DNA of 64,000 nt from Xanthobacteraceae bacterium (lineage in GTDB: Bacteria; Pseudomonadota; Alphaproteobacteria; Rhizobiales; Xanthobacteraceae), in contig JAIENY010000027.1 in the NCBI GenBank assembly GCA_019750915.1, positions 584 to 64,583 of the forward strand, in the 5' to 3' direction. Numbering within the stretch: the stretch's first letter is position 1; each line of letters begins with the position of its first letter. The notes beneath the pieces were generated by a model. The model was not told the origin of the DNA. It ran no database searches and was given only the letters and a program-made list of their open reading frames with translations. Of this stretch, positions 30,643-40,979 are shown piece after piece. Made by a program: the position numbers and the translations under genes.

Positions 30643-31191
30643 ATGTCATCAATTCTGCCGCGTGCCACGCAAGTTCTCGCTCGCTCGAGTTGGTCTGCCA
30701 CGCCCGCAGATACTGTGGTGCTGGGATTCGACGATCGGCATCGGCGGCGTCTGACGATCAGCGGAACACACGGACTGGAATTCCTGCTCGATTTGCATGA
30801 GGCTGTTGCGCTGCGCGGCGGTGATGCGCTGGTGCTGGAAGATGGTCGCCTGATCGAGATCGTCGCGGCTCCTGAGCCGCTGGCGGAAATTAGGGGCGCT
30901 GATCCGCAACACCTGGTGCGTATCGGTTGGCACCTTGGCAACAGGCACCTGCCGACACAGATCATGCCGAAGGGACTTCGTATCCGCCGCGATCATGTCA
31001 TAGAGGAAATGGTGCGAGGACTGGGCGGGAAGGTGATTGTGATCGAAGCGCCGTTCGATCCGGAAGGCGGCGCGTATGCGGGCGGCGGGCACGGTCATAA
31101 CCATGCTCACGATGATGGTCGTGACCACCGCCATGGCCACGGCGAACATGAGCATTCCCACGGTTATCCCGATGCTCATGCGCACTCCTGA
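30643..31191 (+). CDS. ureE: Urease accessory nickel chaperone UreE
   Basis: [24 protein letters not shown], His-rich tail. Confidence 0.95.
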   Translation: MSSILPRATQVLARSSWSATPADTVVLGFDDRHRRRLTISGTHGLEFLLDLHEAVALRGGDALVLEDGRLIEIVAAPEPLAEIRGADPQHLVRIGWHLGNRHLPTQIMPKGLRIRRDHVIEEMVRGLGGKVIVIEAPFDPEGGAYAGGGHGHNHAHDDGRDHRHGHGEHEHSHGYPDAHAHS

Positions 31192-31909
31192 CTCGGAGGC
31201 CGACCATCCCGGCACGTCGTTGACGGCCGAAGACAAGGCCGCGCTCTACCGGCTGATGACGTGGCTGTCACCGTCGTTTCCAGTCGGCGCGTTCTCCTAT
31301 TCCAGCGGCCTGGAATGGGCCGTGGAGGCGGGCGATATCAAGGACGTCGCCACGCTGCTTGACTGGCTGGCGGTGATGATGACGAGCGGATCGGGATTTT
31401 CCGATGGCGTATTCCTCGCACATGCCCATCGTTGCATGGAGCGCAGCGACATCGGCGGGCTTAATGTGATTGCCGAGCTATCGGCCGCATATGTTTCCTC
31501 GCGTGAGCGGCAGCTTGAGACAACAGCGCAGGGCCGCGCATTCATCGAAATTGCGACGACGGCCTGGAATGCCGAGCCATTGACGGCCATTCTTGCACAA
31601 ATTAACGCCCCTGTTGTCTACCCGGTTGCGGTGGCTACCGTCAGCGCGGCGCATGGAATTGAGTTGCCGCTGGTGCTTCACGCCTTTCTGCACGCGCAGG
31701 CGGCGAATTGGATTTCCGCCGCCGCGCGGCTTATTCCATTGGGCCAGACCGATAGCCAGCGTGCGGTGGCCGGAATGGAAGCCGTCGTGGGTGAGACTGG
31801 CGCGCGTGCGCTGGTAGCGAAGCTCGATGATATTGGCGGCATGACCTTTCGCGCCGACATCGCGGCGATGCGACACGAGACACAATACACCAGGCTCTTC
31901 CGGAGCTAA
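31178..31909 (+). CDS. ureF: Urease accessory protein UreF
   Basis: [38 protein letters not shown]; start approximate. Confidence 0.95.
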   Translation: MRTPDSEADHPGTSLTAEDKAALYRLMTWLSPSFPVGAFSYSSGLEWAVEAGDIKDVATLLDWLAVMMTSGSGFSDGVFLAHAHRCMERSDIGGLNVIAELSAAYVSSRERQLETTAQGRAFIEIATTAWNAEPLTAILAQINAPVVYPVAVATVSAAHGIELPLVLHAFLHAQAANWISAAARLIPLGQTDSQRAVAGMEAVVGETGARALVAKLDDIGGMTFRADIAAMRHETQYTRLFRS

Positions 31910-31933
31910 CGGCACTCGAAACAGGAATACGTT

Positions 31934-32554
31934 ATGTCCAGTATGAATGGTCCGCTCCGCGTCGGCATCGGTGGTCCGGTTGGTTCCGGCAAGACCGCAC
32001 TAATGGACCTCCTGTGCAAGACGATGCGCGAAACTTACGACCTCGCCGCCATCACCAACGACATCTACACCAAGTGGGATGCCGAATTTCTGGTGCGCTC
32101 CGGTTCTTTGACGCCGGATCGCATTGCGGGTGTCGAGACTGGCGGTTGTCCGCATACGGCGATTCGTGAAGATGCATCGATGAATCTTGCCGCCATCGCC
32201 GACATGCGCAAGAAGTTTCCCAATCTCGATCTGGTTCTGGTGGAATCGGGCGGCGACAATCTGGCCGCGACGTTTTCTCCCGAGCTTGCCGATCTGACGA
32301 TCTATGTCATCGACGTCTCCGCAGGCGACAAGATTCCCTCAAAAGGGGGCCCCGGCATTACCCGTTCGGACTTGCTTGTAATCAACAAGATCGATTTGGC
32401 GCCGCATGTCGGCGCGTCGCTCGAGAAGATGGACGCCGATGCGCGGCGGATGCGCGGCGAGCGCCCCTTTGTGATGACCAACCTGAAGAAGAGTCAGGGG
32501 CTCGACACCATCGTCAGCTTCATCGAGGCGAAGGGCGGCTTGCGCGTCGCGTAG
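31934..32554 (+). CDS. ureG: Urease accessory GTPase UreG
   Basis: [35 protein letters not shown]. Confidence 0.98.
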   Translation: MSSMNGPLRVGIGGPVGSGKTALMDLLCKTMRETYDLAAITNDIYTKWDAEFLVRSGSLTPDRIAGVETGGCPHTAIREDASMNLAAIADMRKKFPNLDLVLVESGGDNLAATFSPELADLTIYVIDVSAGDKIPSKGGPGITRSDLLVINKIDLAPHVGASLEKMDADARRMRGERPFVMTNLKKSQGLDTIVSFIEAKGGLRVA

Positions 32555-32555
32555 T

Positions 32556-34892
32556 TCAGAACCGTCCCGCTATTGTGAGTCGAACCGCCAGCGGTTCGAC
32601 CGGATGCAGCACGCTGTCCATCACGCCGTTGGCACAGACGGCAGCGGGGGCGGTGGGAAGGCCCGTGGTGGGAAAACACTGGCCGAACAGCGCGTCACTC
32701 TTGATCAGTGATCCGTAGGCGTAGGTGATCTGATCGGACCGGCTGTCGGTAAGGTTGAAGCCTTCAAGCTTGATTTGCCAGCCGTTATCGAATTTGTATC
32801 CGACCTGTCCATTGAGAAGCCCGGTTGCCGGCGACACGAATGCGCGGTCCTCCGTCAGCGGACGCGGACCGAAATAGCTGTAGCGCAGCGAGGTGAACAA
32901 GCCTTTGGCTTCACCAAGCCTGATGCTTGCTGACGCTACCACGTCCGGTGAGCCGGGAATATAGTTGCCCGGCGCGTTGCCGATCTGGACCTGCGGGAAT
33001 CCGGCGAGCGAGTCGTAAAGCGCTGCCTGTTCAGCATCGAACCCCTTGAAGCGCGCGTGCGTCATCGCAAGATCACCGGTGATGCTGAGCCATGACAGGG
33101 GATGGTAGCGATTGGTCCATTCGAAGCCATATCGCCGGCTGGGGCGGCTGGCTTCGGTGTCGCCTGCGTCGCCCGAGAACACGATCTCGGAGGCAGAATC
33201 CAGAACGAAGACGCTGAAGGTGCTTTCAAGATTGGGAATGATCTTGGACCGGACGCCCACCTCCGCGCCCTTGGTTCTCACCAGAAACGGCGAAGAGGAA
33301 AGGGGATCGCCAGTGACCGGTGACTTGGTGGCCGTCACGCCACGCGCATCGTTGCTGTGAAAGCCCTCGCCCGCATTGATATAAAATTCGGTCTTTGCGA
33401 ACGGGCCGAACACGATGCCGGCCTTGGGGCTGCCTATTGCGGCATTTGCGTTTCCGGAGTTCGCGGCATTGAACATCGAGTCGACGCTGGTGGTGTAGAA
33501 GTCGCCACGATAGCCGACATAGGTGCGCATCCAGTCGGTCCAGTGCACCGTGTTCTGCACGTAGAGTCCGACGCTCCCTTCCTGCACCTTATCGCTGCGG
33601 ATATTGGACAGGAACTGCCGCGCCACGGTGTTGGTGAGCGCCAGCTTGATGTCGTCGTAGCGGCTCTGCAGCCCGATCTCGGTTTCCATCGGTAGTCCGG
33701 CAAAGCTGCCGCCGAACTGATGCGAGGCATTGACGCCGCCGAGGATGCGGTCGTCATGCTGATGAAACTGGTCGCCGTTCGCCGGATTGTCGAGAAAGAA
33801 CGTGAAGTCGTTCCAGAGATCGAGCGCGCTTTTGATGACATAGAAGTTCGCCTTCGATAACCCGTAGTCGCTGGTGTGCGCCCACTTGCCGGAGAGCGAG
33901 AACCGGTCCGACCGGCCGCCGTCAGTCGGGTCGAGTTCGCCATAAAGGCCGATCTCGCCGGATTCAATGGCGCGCTCGGGAATCTGGTCGCTGGAATTCC
34001 ATTTGTTGGAGTAGGCCATCGCCGTCAGCGAGAAGCCGTCGTCGCGCGTGCCCTGATTGTAGCGGACAATGCCGTTGAACTTGCGGGCATCGTCCGGATG
34101 GTCCCACGGTCCATCATAGCCATAGACCTCGCCCGCGATCAGCAGGTTACCCGCGCCGACCTGCTGCGAGGTGATCCCCAAAAACCGTTTGTAGTTGAAA
34201 CTTCCGGCCGTCACCGACGCGAGGGTGCCACGCAGGCTTTCGGTGAGGCTGATATGGGCTGCGCCGACTGAGGCGAAGTCTCCTTCGTCCGCGTAATATG
34301 GGCCTTTCTTAATATCGATCGAGCCGACCAGTTCGGGAATCAGGAAGTTGAGATCGGCATAGCCCTGGCCGTGGGCGTGGGTCCGCATGTTGACCGGCAT
34401 ATCATCGACGAAGATCGCGAAATCGGTGCCGTGATCGAGATTGAATCCACGCAGGAAATACTGGTTGGCTTTGCCCTCACCGGAGTGTTGGGTCACGATC
34501 AGTCCGGGCACAACCTCCAGCACTTCTCCGGGCCGTGACCACGGCATGGCGTTGATCTCTGCACCGCTCACGGTCGTGGCGCTCGCGGCAGCGTTGGATG
34601 TGGAAGGTGGCTCGCCCTGATGTGGACCCCCGCTTCCGGTGGATTGATTAGCGGTGGCTTGTGGGCCACGTTGTCGAGCTGCGCGCGTGGCCGATTGCAG
34701 GGTTTCAGCCGGTTTGCCACGCGGCACATGTTTTGGCTTTCCGGGCGGTGACGTGACCGTTATAGCCGGAAGCTGTTGTGCTGCAGCGGTCTGCCGATCG
34801 GAGGCCTGTGCTTGCGCCTGGCCACAGAAGGCGAAGCAAATCCCGCCGGCAAAAAGACAAGCCGTCGCCGGGCTCCTGTCCCGCACGCGCAT
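32556..34892 (-). CDS. TonB-dependent receptor, probable nickel uptake
   Basis: Signal peptide, LPAITVT box, plug TQHSGEGKANQYFLRGFNLDHG and THAHGQGY, C-terminal F; NikR operator upstream. Confidence 0.9.
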   Translation of the reverse strand: MRVRDRSPATACLFAGGICFAFCGQAQAQASDRQTAAAQQLPAITVTSPPGKPKHVPRGKPAETLQSATRAARQRGPQATANQSTGSGGPHQGEPPSTSNAAASATTVSGAEINAMPWSRPGEVLEVVPGLIVTQHSGEGKANQYFLRGFNLDHGTDFAIFVDDMPVNMRTHAHGQGYADLNFLIPELVGSIDIKKGPYYADEGDFASVGAAHISLTESLRGTLASVTAGSFNYKRFLGITSQQVGAGNLLIAGEVYGYDGPWDHPDDARKFNGIVRYNQGTRDDGFSLTAMAYSNKWNSSDQIPERAIESGEIGLYGELDPTDGGRSDRFSLSGKWAHTSDYGLSKANFYVIKSALDLWNDFTFFLDNPANGDQFHQHDDRILGGVNASHQFGGSFAGLPMETEIGLQSRYDDIKLALTNTVARQFLSNIRSDKVQEGSVGLYVQNTVHWTDWMRTYVGYRGDFYTTSVDSMFNAANSGNANAAIGSPKAGIVFGPFAKTEFYINAGEGFHSNDARGVTATKSPVTGDPLSSSPFLVRTKGAEVGVRSKIIPNLESTFSVFVLDSASEIVFSGDAGDTEASRPSRRYGFEWTNRYHPLSWLSITGDLAMTHARFKGFDAEQAALYDSLAGFPQVQIGNAPGNYIPGSPDVVASASIRLGEAKGLFTSLRYSYFGPRPLTEDRAFVSPATGLLNGQVGYKFDNGWQIKLEGFNLTDSRSDQITYAYGSLIKSDALFGQCFPTTGLPTAPAAVCANGVMDSVLHPVEPLAVRLTIAGRF

Positions 34893-34987
34893 ACGATAAC
34901 GTCGTCCCCGAAACTGGCTGGAATGTGCTCCGGTTTCGGCGCACATCTGGGTTGCTGTCGATCTCCCGGCAGCGCGAGACTAACATC

Positions 34988-35025
34988 GCTGAGTATGATG
35001 TTACAATAAAAACATCATACTCAGC
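34988..35025. promoter_or_regulatory. NikR operator
   Basis: GTATGA-N16-TCATAC (34993-35020) inside a perfect 15-bp inverted repeat GCTGAGTATGATGTT/AACATCATACTCAGC. Confidence 0.92.
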
Positions 35026-35042
35026 TCTGCGCGGAATCACGT

Positions 35043-35441
35043 ATGCAACGTATCACCACCACCCTGGACGACGATCTGCTGGCGGAGATCGATGAACTCA
35101 TCAAGCAGCGCGGCTACCAGAACCGATCAGAAGCCATCCGTGATCTGGCGCGGGCGGGGCTGCAGCAGGCCCGGCAGGACACCGGCAAGGGGGAGTGTTT
35201 CGGCGCGCTGGTCTATGTCTACGACCACTCGTCGCGTGATCTGTCGAAGAAGCTGACTCAGAACTTCCACAGCCATCACGACATGACGCTCGCGACATTG
35301 CATGTCCATCTCGATCACGACAACTGCATGGAGATCACTGCCCTGCGCGGAGGCGCGGCGCAGGTCCAGCATTTTGCAGATCACATCATGGCGGAGCGTG
35401 GTGTCCGTTATGGCCGGCTGATCACAATCCCCAAGCCTTGA
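35043..35441 (+). CDS. nikR: Nickel-responsive regulator NikR
   Basis: MQRITTTLDDDLL ribbon-helix-helix, NRSEAIRDL, HVHLDHDNCME. Confidence 0.96.
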   Translation: MQRITTTLDDDLLAEIDELIKQRGYQNRSEAIRDLARAGLQQARQDTGKGECFGALVYVYDHSSRDLSKKLTQNFHSHHDMTLATLHVHLDHDNCMEITALRGGAAQVQHFADHIMAERGVRYGRLITIPKP

Positions 35442-35552
35442 CGTCCTGGCAATAAAACCAGCCTCCCGATTTTGAGTAGTTCCTACCAACCAGCAATTTA
35501 ATTAGCGGTTTCGGCGGTTGTCCAGACTTGAAATCCGCAACTGATGTGCTAC

Positions 35553-35562
35553 TGATATGTCA
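35553..35562. promoter_or_regulatory. Putative GntR operator, copy 1
   Basis: TGATATGTCA, recurring at 39351 and 40970. Confidence 0.6.
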
Positions 35563-35587
35563 GAGATATGCGATCTGGGAGAGCGCT

Positions 35588-36373
35588 ATGGAACTCACTG
35601 CAACATGCATGACTGAACGTCAGCGCAAATACCGGGCGAATTATCGGGAGCGCGTGGCAGGATGGTATAACGGCTGGCTGCACATCCTGCTGATTTACAC
35701 GATCGGGTTCACCGCCCTTTACGTGTATCTCGCCAACATCCATGATGTTCGCTGGTGGGAATACCTGACGATCCCGGCGGTATTCCTCATCGCCAACTAC
35801 TTCGAATGGGCAGTGCATAGTTTCGTGATGCATCGTCCGTCGAACATCCCCCTGATGCGTGCCGTCTACAGCCGTCACACGCTGATGCATCATCAGTTCT
35901 TCACCGAAGAGGAGATGCGCTTCGCCGATCATCACGATTGGCGCGTGACGTTCTTCCCGCCTTATGCGCTGGTGGTGTTCACGTTGATGTCGATTCCACC
36001 GGCGATCGTCGCGGGGCTGGTGATTTCCCCGAATGTCGGCTGGCTGCTGATTACGACCACGACCTCGATGTACTTGATCTATGAATTCATGCACTTTTGC
36101 TGTCACGTCGAGGAAAACTCCTTCGTACGCAACATGCCATTCGTCAACACGATCCGCCGCCATCATACCGCCCATCACAATCAATCGATCATGATGGAGC
36201 GCAACATGAACCTGACCTTTCCGGTGATGGACTATCTCATGGGAACGTCGGATCTTAACCGAGGACTGCTTGGCCATATCTTCAATGGCTACAGCACCCG
36301 TTATGTAAAAACGGATATGCGCAAGACTGCCAAGACCCCCCGGGTGACACCGACGATCGTTCCAGCCGAGTAG
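35588..36373 (+). CDS. Fatty acid hydroxylase/sterol desaturase-family membrane di-iron enzyme
   Basis: His boxes HSFVMH, HTLMHH, HFCCH, HHTAHH; several TM helices. Confidence 0.88.
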   Translation: MELTATCMTERQRKYRANYRERVAGWYNGWLHILLIYTIGFTALYVYLANIHDVRWWEYLTIPAVFLIANYFEWAVHSFVMHRPSNIPLMRAVYSRHTLMHHQFFTEEEMRFADHHDWRVTFFPPYALVVFTLMSIPPAIVAGLVISPNVGWLLITTTTSMYLIYEFMHFCCHVEENSFVRNMPFVNTIRRHHTAHHNQSIMMERNMNLTFPVMDYLMGTSDLNRGLLGHIFNGYSTRYVKTDMRKTAKTPRVTPTIVPAE

Positions 36374-36447
36374 GTTGAGCATTTGATCAAGGGTGAGCGT
36401 TCTGCTCACCCTTGCAATATCGAAATCAAAAAGAGCAGGAGGTCGTC

Positions 36448-36846
36448 ATGAGCCATATCGAACCGAACTGGAGCGCGTTATTTTGGTTCGTGCCGTTATG
36501 GAGCGTCTGCTGTCTCGGCTTCTTCCATCTCGCGGGGATGTATCCGATCAGCCATCGTTCAGAAGGTGGCCCCGAGAAGTCCGTCGCGCTGGTGTTAGGG
36601 AATACTCTGTTGTGGCTGGTGCTGCTCGCTGGCACTATTGTCTTTGCCTATACTGAACTGCGCTGGACGACAGCTGTCGTAGTCGCCGGAATTCTGTTTC
36701 TGTTTATTCCCGAAGCGTTCCAGGCGATGCCGGTGCGTTGGCGCGACTCCCGCGCCGGGATGGCGGTCGCAGGCGGCGTGATGATCTGCGCGATTGCTAT
36801 ACTGGCGCATGTCGCAGCTGACCCGATCAGGGCGCTGTTTGTATAA
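36448..36846 (+). CDS. Hypothetical 4-TM membrane protein
   Basis: AGGAGG SD; four hydrophobic segments. Confidence 0.8.
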   Translation: MSHIEPNWSALFWFVPLWSVCCLGFFHLAGMYPISHRSEGGPEKSVALVLGNTLLWLVLLAGTIVFAYTELRWTTAVVVAGILFLFIPEAFQAMPVRWRDSRAGMAVAGGVMICAIAILAHVAADPIRALFV

Positions 36847-36866
36847 ATCAACTCGAGGAGACGCAG

Positions 36867-37055
36867 ATGCCGCATCATATCAAATTCATGCTTTCGCTAG
36901 CCTGCCTGCTGACTGCGGCCGGCGGCTACTTTTTCATGATCCATCTCGGCAAGACGGGACCCAGTTACGCGGTGGCATTCCTTGGCGTTTTCGCGACCCT
37001 GGCGATGTGGGTCTTCCCTGAAGTAATGAAGAAGAATGCGACGTCACTGAAATGA
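36867..37055 (+). CDS. Small 2-TM membrane protein
   Basis: GAGGAG SD; 62 aa, two hydrophobic helices. Confidence 0.75.
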   Translation: MPHHIKFMLSLACLLTAAGGYFFMIHLGKTGPSYAVAFLGVFATLAMWVFPEVMKKNATSLK

Positions 37056-37109
37056 CGCGGAATGGGTAGCCGCTGCTGCGCAGCGGCCTCGTGGGATCGG
37101 GAGGATGAA

Positions 37110-37418
37110 ATGAAGAAATATTCTGGTGAACGCACCATCGACGGCATCTCCGTTGTTGTCGACGGAAAGTCGTTGCCGTACTTTTACGAGGTACACCGGT
37201 TTGCCCAGTACGGCTTCGAGTGGAGTTACGAAGGTCCTGAGCCGACGCAACTGGCGTTCGCGCTCCTGTACGACCATTCGGGAGACGCAGCGCCGGCACG
37301 GAATCTTGCTCAATCCTTCATGAAGCAGGTCGTCGCCAATTTTGACAATGAGTGGGAAATGACCGGGGCCGATATTGACGCTGCGATCTCAGGTCTTGGC
37401 GGCAGCCGCGCGGCGTAA
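37110..37418 (+). CDS. DUF6166-like small protein
   Basis: GGAGG SD; GFEWSYEGPEPTQLAFALL motif resembles DUF6166. Confidence 0.7.
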   Translation: MKKYSGERTIDGISVVVDGKSLPYFYEVHRFAQYGFEWSYEGPEPTQLAFALLYDHSGDAAPARNLAQSFMKQVVANFDNEWEMTGADIDAAISGLGGSRAA

Positions 37419-37432
37419 AGGGTTACGTTTCC

Positions 37433-38542
37433 ATGGGGCTGAATTATCGAGCGGCAGTGCTGCACAAAAGCGGCACGCCGCTTTCCATCGAGCAAGTCTC
37501 GAGTCCGGATCCCGCGCCGACTGACGTGGTCGTGCGGATGCGCGCCGCTGGGCTTTGCCACACGGATCTTGAGGTGATCGACGGTTCATTGCGCTATCCG
37601 TTGCCGATGATCCTGGGTCATGAAGCGTCTGGTACCGTCGAGGAAATCGGATCGGCGGTACGGAATGTCAAAGTCGGCGACCACGTGGTGCTGTCGTGGA
37701 ATCCGCACTGCGGGCACTGCTTCTATTGCGACCGCGACCTTCCGATCCTATGCGAGACGTATCTTGGCGAGGGACCGAAGGGGGTGCATTTCGACGGCTC
37801 GTCCAAAGCCCGCACGCCTGACGGGAAAAATCTCACGCATCTGATGTTTCTAGGCGCGTTCGCCGAGGTTTGCGTGGTGCCTGAACAGCAAGCTATTGTC
37901 GTGCCAAAGGACATTGCCTTCGACCGCTCCTGTCTCATCGGGTGCGGGGTGATGACGGGCGTCGGCGCGGCGCTGAACGTCGCCGATATCAAATACGGCG
38001 ATACGGTGATGGTGATCGGCTGTGGCGCAGTCGGTCTTGCAGCCGTGCAGGGCGCGGTGATGGCGGGTGCCGGTCATGTTATCGCGGTCGATCTCGACGA
38101 CAAGAAGCTTGCGCTGGCGCAGCGGCTTGGCGCGACACAGTCGGTCAACGCCACACGGGATGATCCCGTTGAGGTCGCGCGTGCCGCCACCAAGGGGCGC
38201 GGCGTCGATGTGGTTCTGGAATCCGCGGGGCATCCCGTTGTTTTCTGTCAGACCGTTGAGGCGGTGCGGGTCGGCGGCCAGGTGATCTGGCTTAGCAAGA
38301 TTGACGTGACCAAGGATGTCAGTTTTCGGTGGGGCTCGCTGATGGGCGAGAAGCGTTTGCGCCGTTCGAGCTATGGTGGCGCGCGCCCGCTGCGCGATTT
38401 CCCATTGCTTGCGCGGGCGTATCTCGACGGCAAGCTGAAACTTGATGAACTGATCACCGGCCGCGCGAAACTCGACGCGATCAATCTGGGCTTCGATGAT
38501 CTGCGTGCGGGAAAATCCATCCGCACGGTGATTGAGTTCTAG
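37433..38542 (+). CDS. Zinc-dependent alcohol dehydrogenase (MDR family)
   Basis: GLCHTD, GHEASG, CGHCFYC...C, GCGVMTG, GCGAVG. Confidence 0.93.
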   Translation: MGLNYRAAVLHKSGTPLSIEQVSSPDPAPTDVVVRMRAAGLCHTDLEVIDGSLRYPLPMILGHEASGTVEEIGSAVRNVKVGDHVVLSWNPHCGHCFYCDRDLPILCETYLGEGPKGVHFDGSSKARTPDGKNLTHLMFLGAFAEVCVVPEQQAIVVPKDIAFDRSCLIGCGVMTGVGAALNVADIKYGDTVMVIGCGAVGLAAVQGAVMAGAGHVIAVDLDDKKLALAQRLGATQSVNATRDDPVEVARAATKGRGVDVVLESAGHPVVFCQTVEAVRVGGQVIWLSKIDVTKDVSFRWGSLMGEKRLRRSSYGGARPLRDFPLLARAYLDGKLKLDELITGRAKLDAINLGFDDLRAGKSIRTVIEF

Positions 38543-38555
38543 TCAGGCACAGGAC

Positions 38556-39311
38556 TTATAGCGTCGAGCGTGCGAAGCTTTCGATGTAATCCACCAGCTG
38601 GTCCGATGCCTTGCTGGCCTTGTCGACGTCGCGCGCGGCGATAGCTTCGGCTACTTCTGCGTGCAATCGCGCCGAAAGCGGAAGGTCGGCGGCCTCTTTG
38701 TAATGCTGATACCAGAACCGGCGCGACAGGCCATGCATCAGGCCCATTGACCGAGTTGCGAACTCGTTGCGTGCGGTCAGCGAAACCAGCGTATTGAATT
38801 CCTTGTCCAGCCGCATGAAGGCGAGGTCATCGGCGTGCGCGGACGCACTGCGCATGCCTGCGGCGATCTCGCCAAATTGTGCACGCTCTTCCGCTGTGGC
38901 GCGTTCGGCGGCGCTGCGCGCCATCAGTCTTTCCAGCACCCGCCGCACTTCGAGCAGGCGAAGCTGCGAGCGCAGATCTATGTCGGAGACCAGAACGCCG
39001 CGCCGTGGCAGGATATTGACAAGGCCGTCTCGGGACAACCGCTGCAACGCTTCGCGGATCGGTGTTCGTCCGATGGCCAGCCGCTCTGCCAGCACAAGTT
39101 CTGACAGCACAGTGCCCGGTGGCAATTGCAGCGTCACGATCAGTTCTTCAATCTGCGCGTAAGCCTTGTCGGTCAGGGTGATGTCATTCTGAAGCGCCGT
39201 GGAAACATTGCGCTTTCGCCGTTTCGAGGGAGAGACGGAAATCGGGGAATTGCGCCGGGATGGCTTGTTGCTGCTTTTGGCAGGGGTGGTCTGTTTTCTG
39301 CTGTCGGCCAT
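38556..39311 (-). CDS. GntR-family regulator (FCD domain)
   Basis: LPPGTVLSE..LAERLAIGRTPIREALQRL, PRRGVLV, LLEVRRVLE. Confidence 0.93.
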   Translation of the reverse strand: MADSRKQTTPAKSSNKPSRRNSPISVSPSKRRKRNVSTALQNDITLTDKAYAQIEELIVTLQLPPGTVLSELVLAERLAIGRTPIREALQRLSRDGLVNILPRRGVLVSDIDLRSQLRLLEVRRVLERLMARSAAERATAEERAQFGEIAAGMRSASAHADDLAFMRLDKEFNTLVSLTARNEFATRSMGLMHGLSRRFWYQHYKEAADLPLSARLHAEVAEAIAARDVDKASKASDQLVDYIESFARSTL

Positions 39312-39350
39312 CGCGTGTCCCGGAACACAGGCAAATCATTGATGAGCAAC

Positions 39351-39360
39351 AGATATGTCA
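39351..39360. promoter_or_regulatory. Putative GntR operator, copy 2 (autoregulatory)
   Basis: AGATATGTCA 40 bp upstream of the gntR start. Confidence 0.5.
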
Positions 39361-39478
39361 CCTGAGCAGGAGGTCGGCAACTCTTTGCCTTGAGAAAATT
39401 TCTAAGTCCGCCGTGCCGGATAACCTTGTTTTTTTAGAAGCGTGACGGCAGCAAGGGAGCCGCCATCACGCTAGGAGG

Positions 39479-40891
39479 TTAGTGCGAAATGCTTTCCAGC
39501 GTGCGGCCCTTGGTTTCTTCGCCAAGGAGCAGCACCGAGAGCGCGGCGATGACAAATGCGCCAGCGCCGAGGGCAAAGACACCGCCCTGTCCCGCCGCCG
39601 GTAGAATCACGCCGATCACGTAAGGACCAATCAACGACCCGATGCGTCCGATCGCCGAGGCGAAGCCGGTGCCGGTGGCGCGCACGGCCGTGGGATAAAG
39701 TTCAGGCGTGTAAGCATAGAGCGCCGACCACATGCCGAACAGGAAGAACTGCATGCACAGCCCGGCAACGACCAGTTGTGTCTGGTCGACTGCGTGTCCG
39801 TAGAAATAGCTCGCGGTCGCTCCACCGAGCAGATTGAGCACCAGAGTGCCTTTCCGCCCCCACGCTTCGACAAGCCACGCCGAGAACAGGAATCCCGGAA
39901 TGCCCGCCAGCGAAATCATGATGGTGTAGAACACCGATTTCGTCACCGGGAAGCCCTTGGCTTGCAGCAGTGCGCCGAGCCAGGTCGTGAGGCCATAGAA
40001 GCCGAGCAGGGCAAAGAACCACAATCCCCACAGCATCGTGGTGCGTTTTGCATAGATGCCGGAGAACAGCGTGCCGATGGTGGCCTTTTCGGACGACACA
40101 AGCACCATCTGCGGAACGGCGGGCGGCAGTGGCTTACCGTCGAGACGGGCTTTCACCTTGTTCTCGATCTCCTGCATCACCTGTTCGGCACGGTCCGAGT
40201 GACCATGCGCAGCCAGCCAGCGCGGAGATTCCGGCACAAAGCGGCGGATCACCAGGACGAACACTGCAGGAATGGCTTGCAGGAGGAAAACCGTATGCCA
40301 GTCTGAAACCTGCAATACGAAATAGATCAGCAATCCCGAAGCGATGAAGCCGATCGGCCAGAAACCTTCGAGAAACGCGATGTAACGGCCGCGCTTCTCT
40401 GCGGGCATGATTTCGGAAACCATCGATTGCGCCACCGGGAATTCCATGCCCATGCCGAACCCAAGCAGGAAACGCGAGGCGCCCAGCATGGTCGCCGTCG
40501 TCGAAAGGCCGCAGAACAGGCTGCCCAGACCCCAGAAGATCATGCTGACCTGAAACACTTTGCTGCGCCCGAACTTGTCGGCGAGCACGCCAGCAGAGGC
40601 AGCTCCGAGGAACATGCCGAAGAAGCTCATGCTGGACAAAAGCCCCGCCTCAGCGGTCGATAATTGAAAGGTTTGCTTGATCGAACCGAGGACGAATGTC
40701 AGTGCACCGAGGTCCATGCTGTCGAAGAACCAGGCGGTCGCGATGATCGCGAAAATGCCTTTTTGATAAGAGGTCAGCGGCAGCCGCTCGAGCCTCGCCG
40801 CGATATTGGCGGCTTGTGCCGCTTCAGCGGCCCGCGCGGCGGTCGGTGTCGCCAGGACGCCCGCATCATGTGATGCATCCAGAGCACTCAT
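39479..40891 (-). CDS. MFS transporter (SV2/NiaP/aromatic-acid symporter-like)
   Basis: RLERLP, ADKFGRS, PESPRWL, ELYPTAVRATG, ETKGRTLE; GGGAG SD. Confidence 0.92.
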   Translation of the reverse strand: MSALDASHDAGVLATPTAARAAEAAQAANIAARLERLPLTSYQKGIFAIIATAWFFDSMDLGALTFVLGSIKQTFQLSTAEAGLLSSMSFFGMFLGAASAGVLADKFGRSKVFQVSMIFWGLGSLFCGLSTTATMLGASRFLLGFGMGMEFPVAQSMVSEIMPAEKRGRYIAFLEGFWPIGFIASGLLIYFVLQVSDWHTVFLLQAIPAVFVLVIRRFVPESPRWLAAHGHSDRAEQVMQEIENKVKARLDGKPLPPAVPQMVLVSSEKATIGTLFSGIYAKRTTMLWGLWFFALLGFYGLTTWLGALLQAKGFPVTKSVFYTIMISLAGIPGFLFSAWLVEAWGRKGTLVLNLLGGATASYFYGHAVDQTQLVVAGLCMQFFLFGMWSALYAYTPELYPTAVRATGTGFASAIGRIGSLIGPYVIGVILPAAGQGGVFALGAGAFVIAALSVLLLGEETKGRTLESISH

Positions 40892-40952
40892 GTTTTCTCT
40901 CCCTAGAGAATGATGTGTCCGGGCTGGTTTTTGGCTCCGGATCAGAGTGCAA

Positions 40953-40979
40953 TGACATATGAGCACAACTGATATGTCA
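40953..40979. promoter_or_regulatory. Putative GntR operators, copies 3-4
   Basis: TGACATATGA (40953) and TGATATGTCA (40970) in inverted arrangement. Confidence 0.6.

Noticed and set aside
31085-31188. His-rich low-complexity tract
   Set aside because: Ordinary nickel-binding tail of UreE.
36388-37087. Intercistronic hairpins at 36388-36414 and 37069-37087
   Set aside because: No U tracts; probably ordinary mRNA-stabilising stems.
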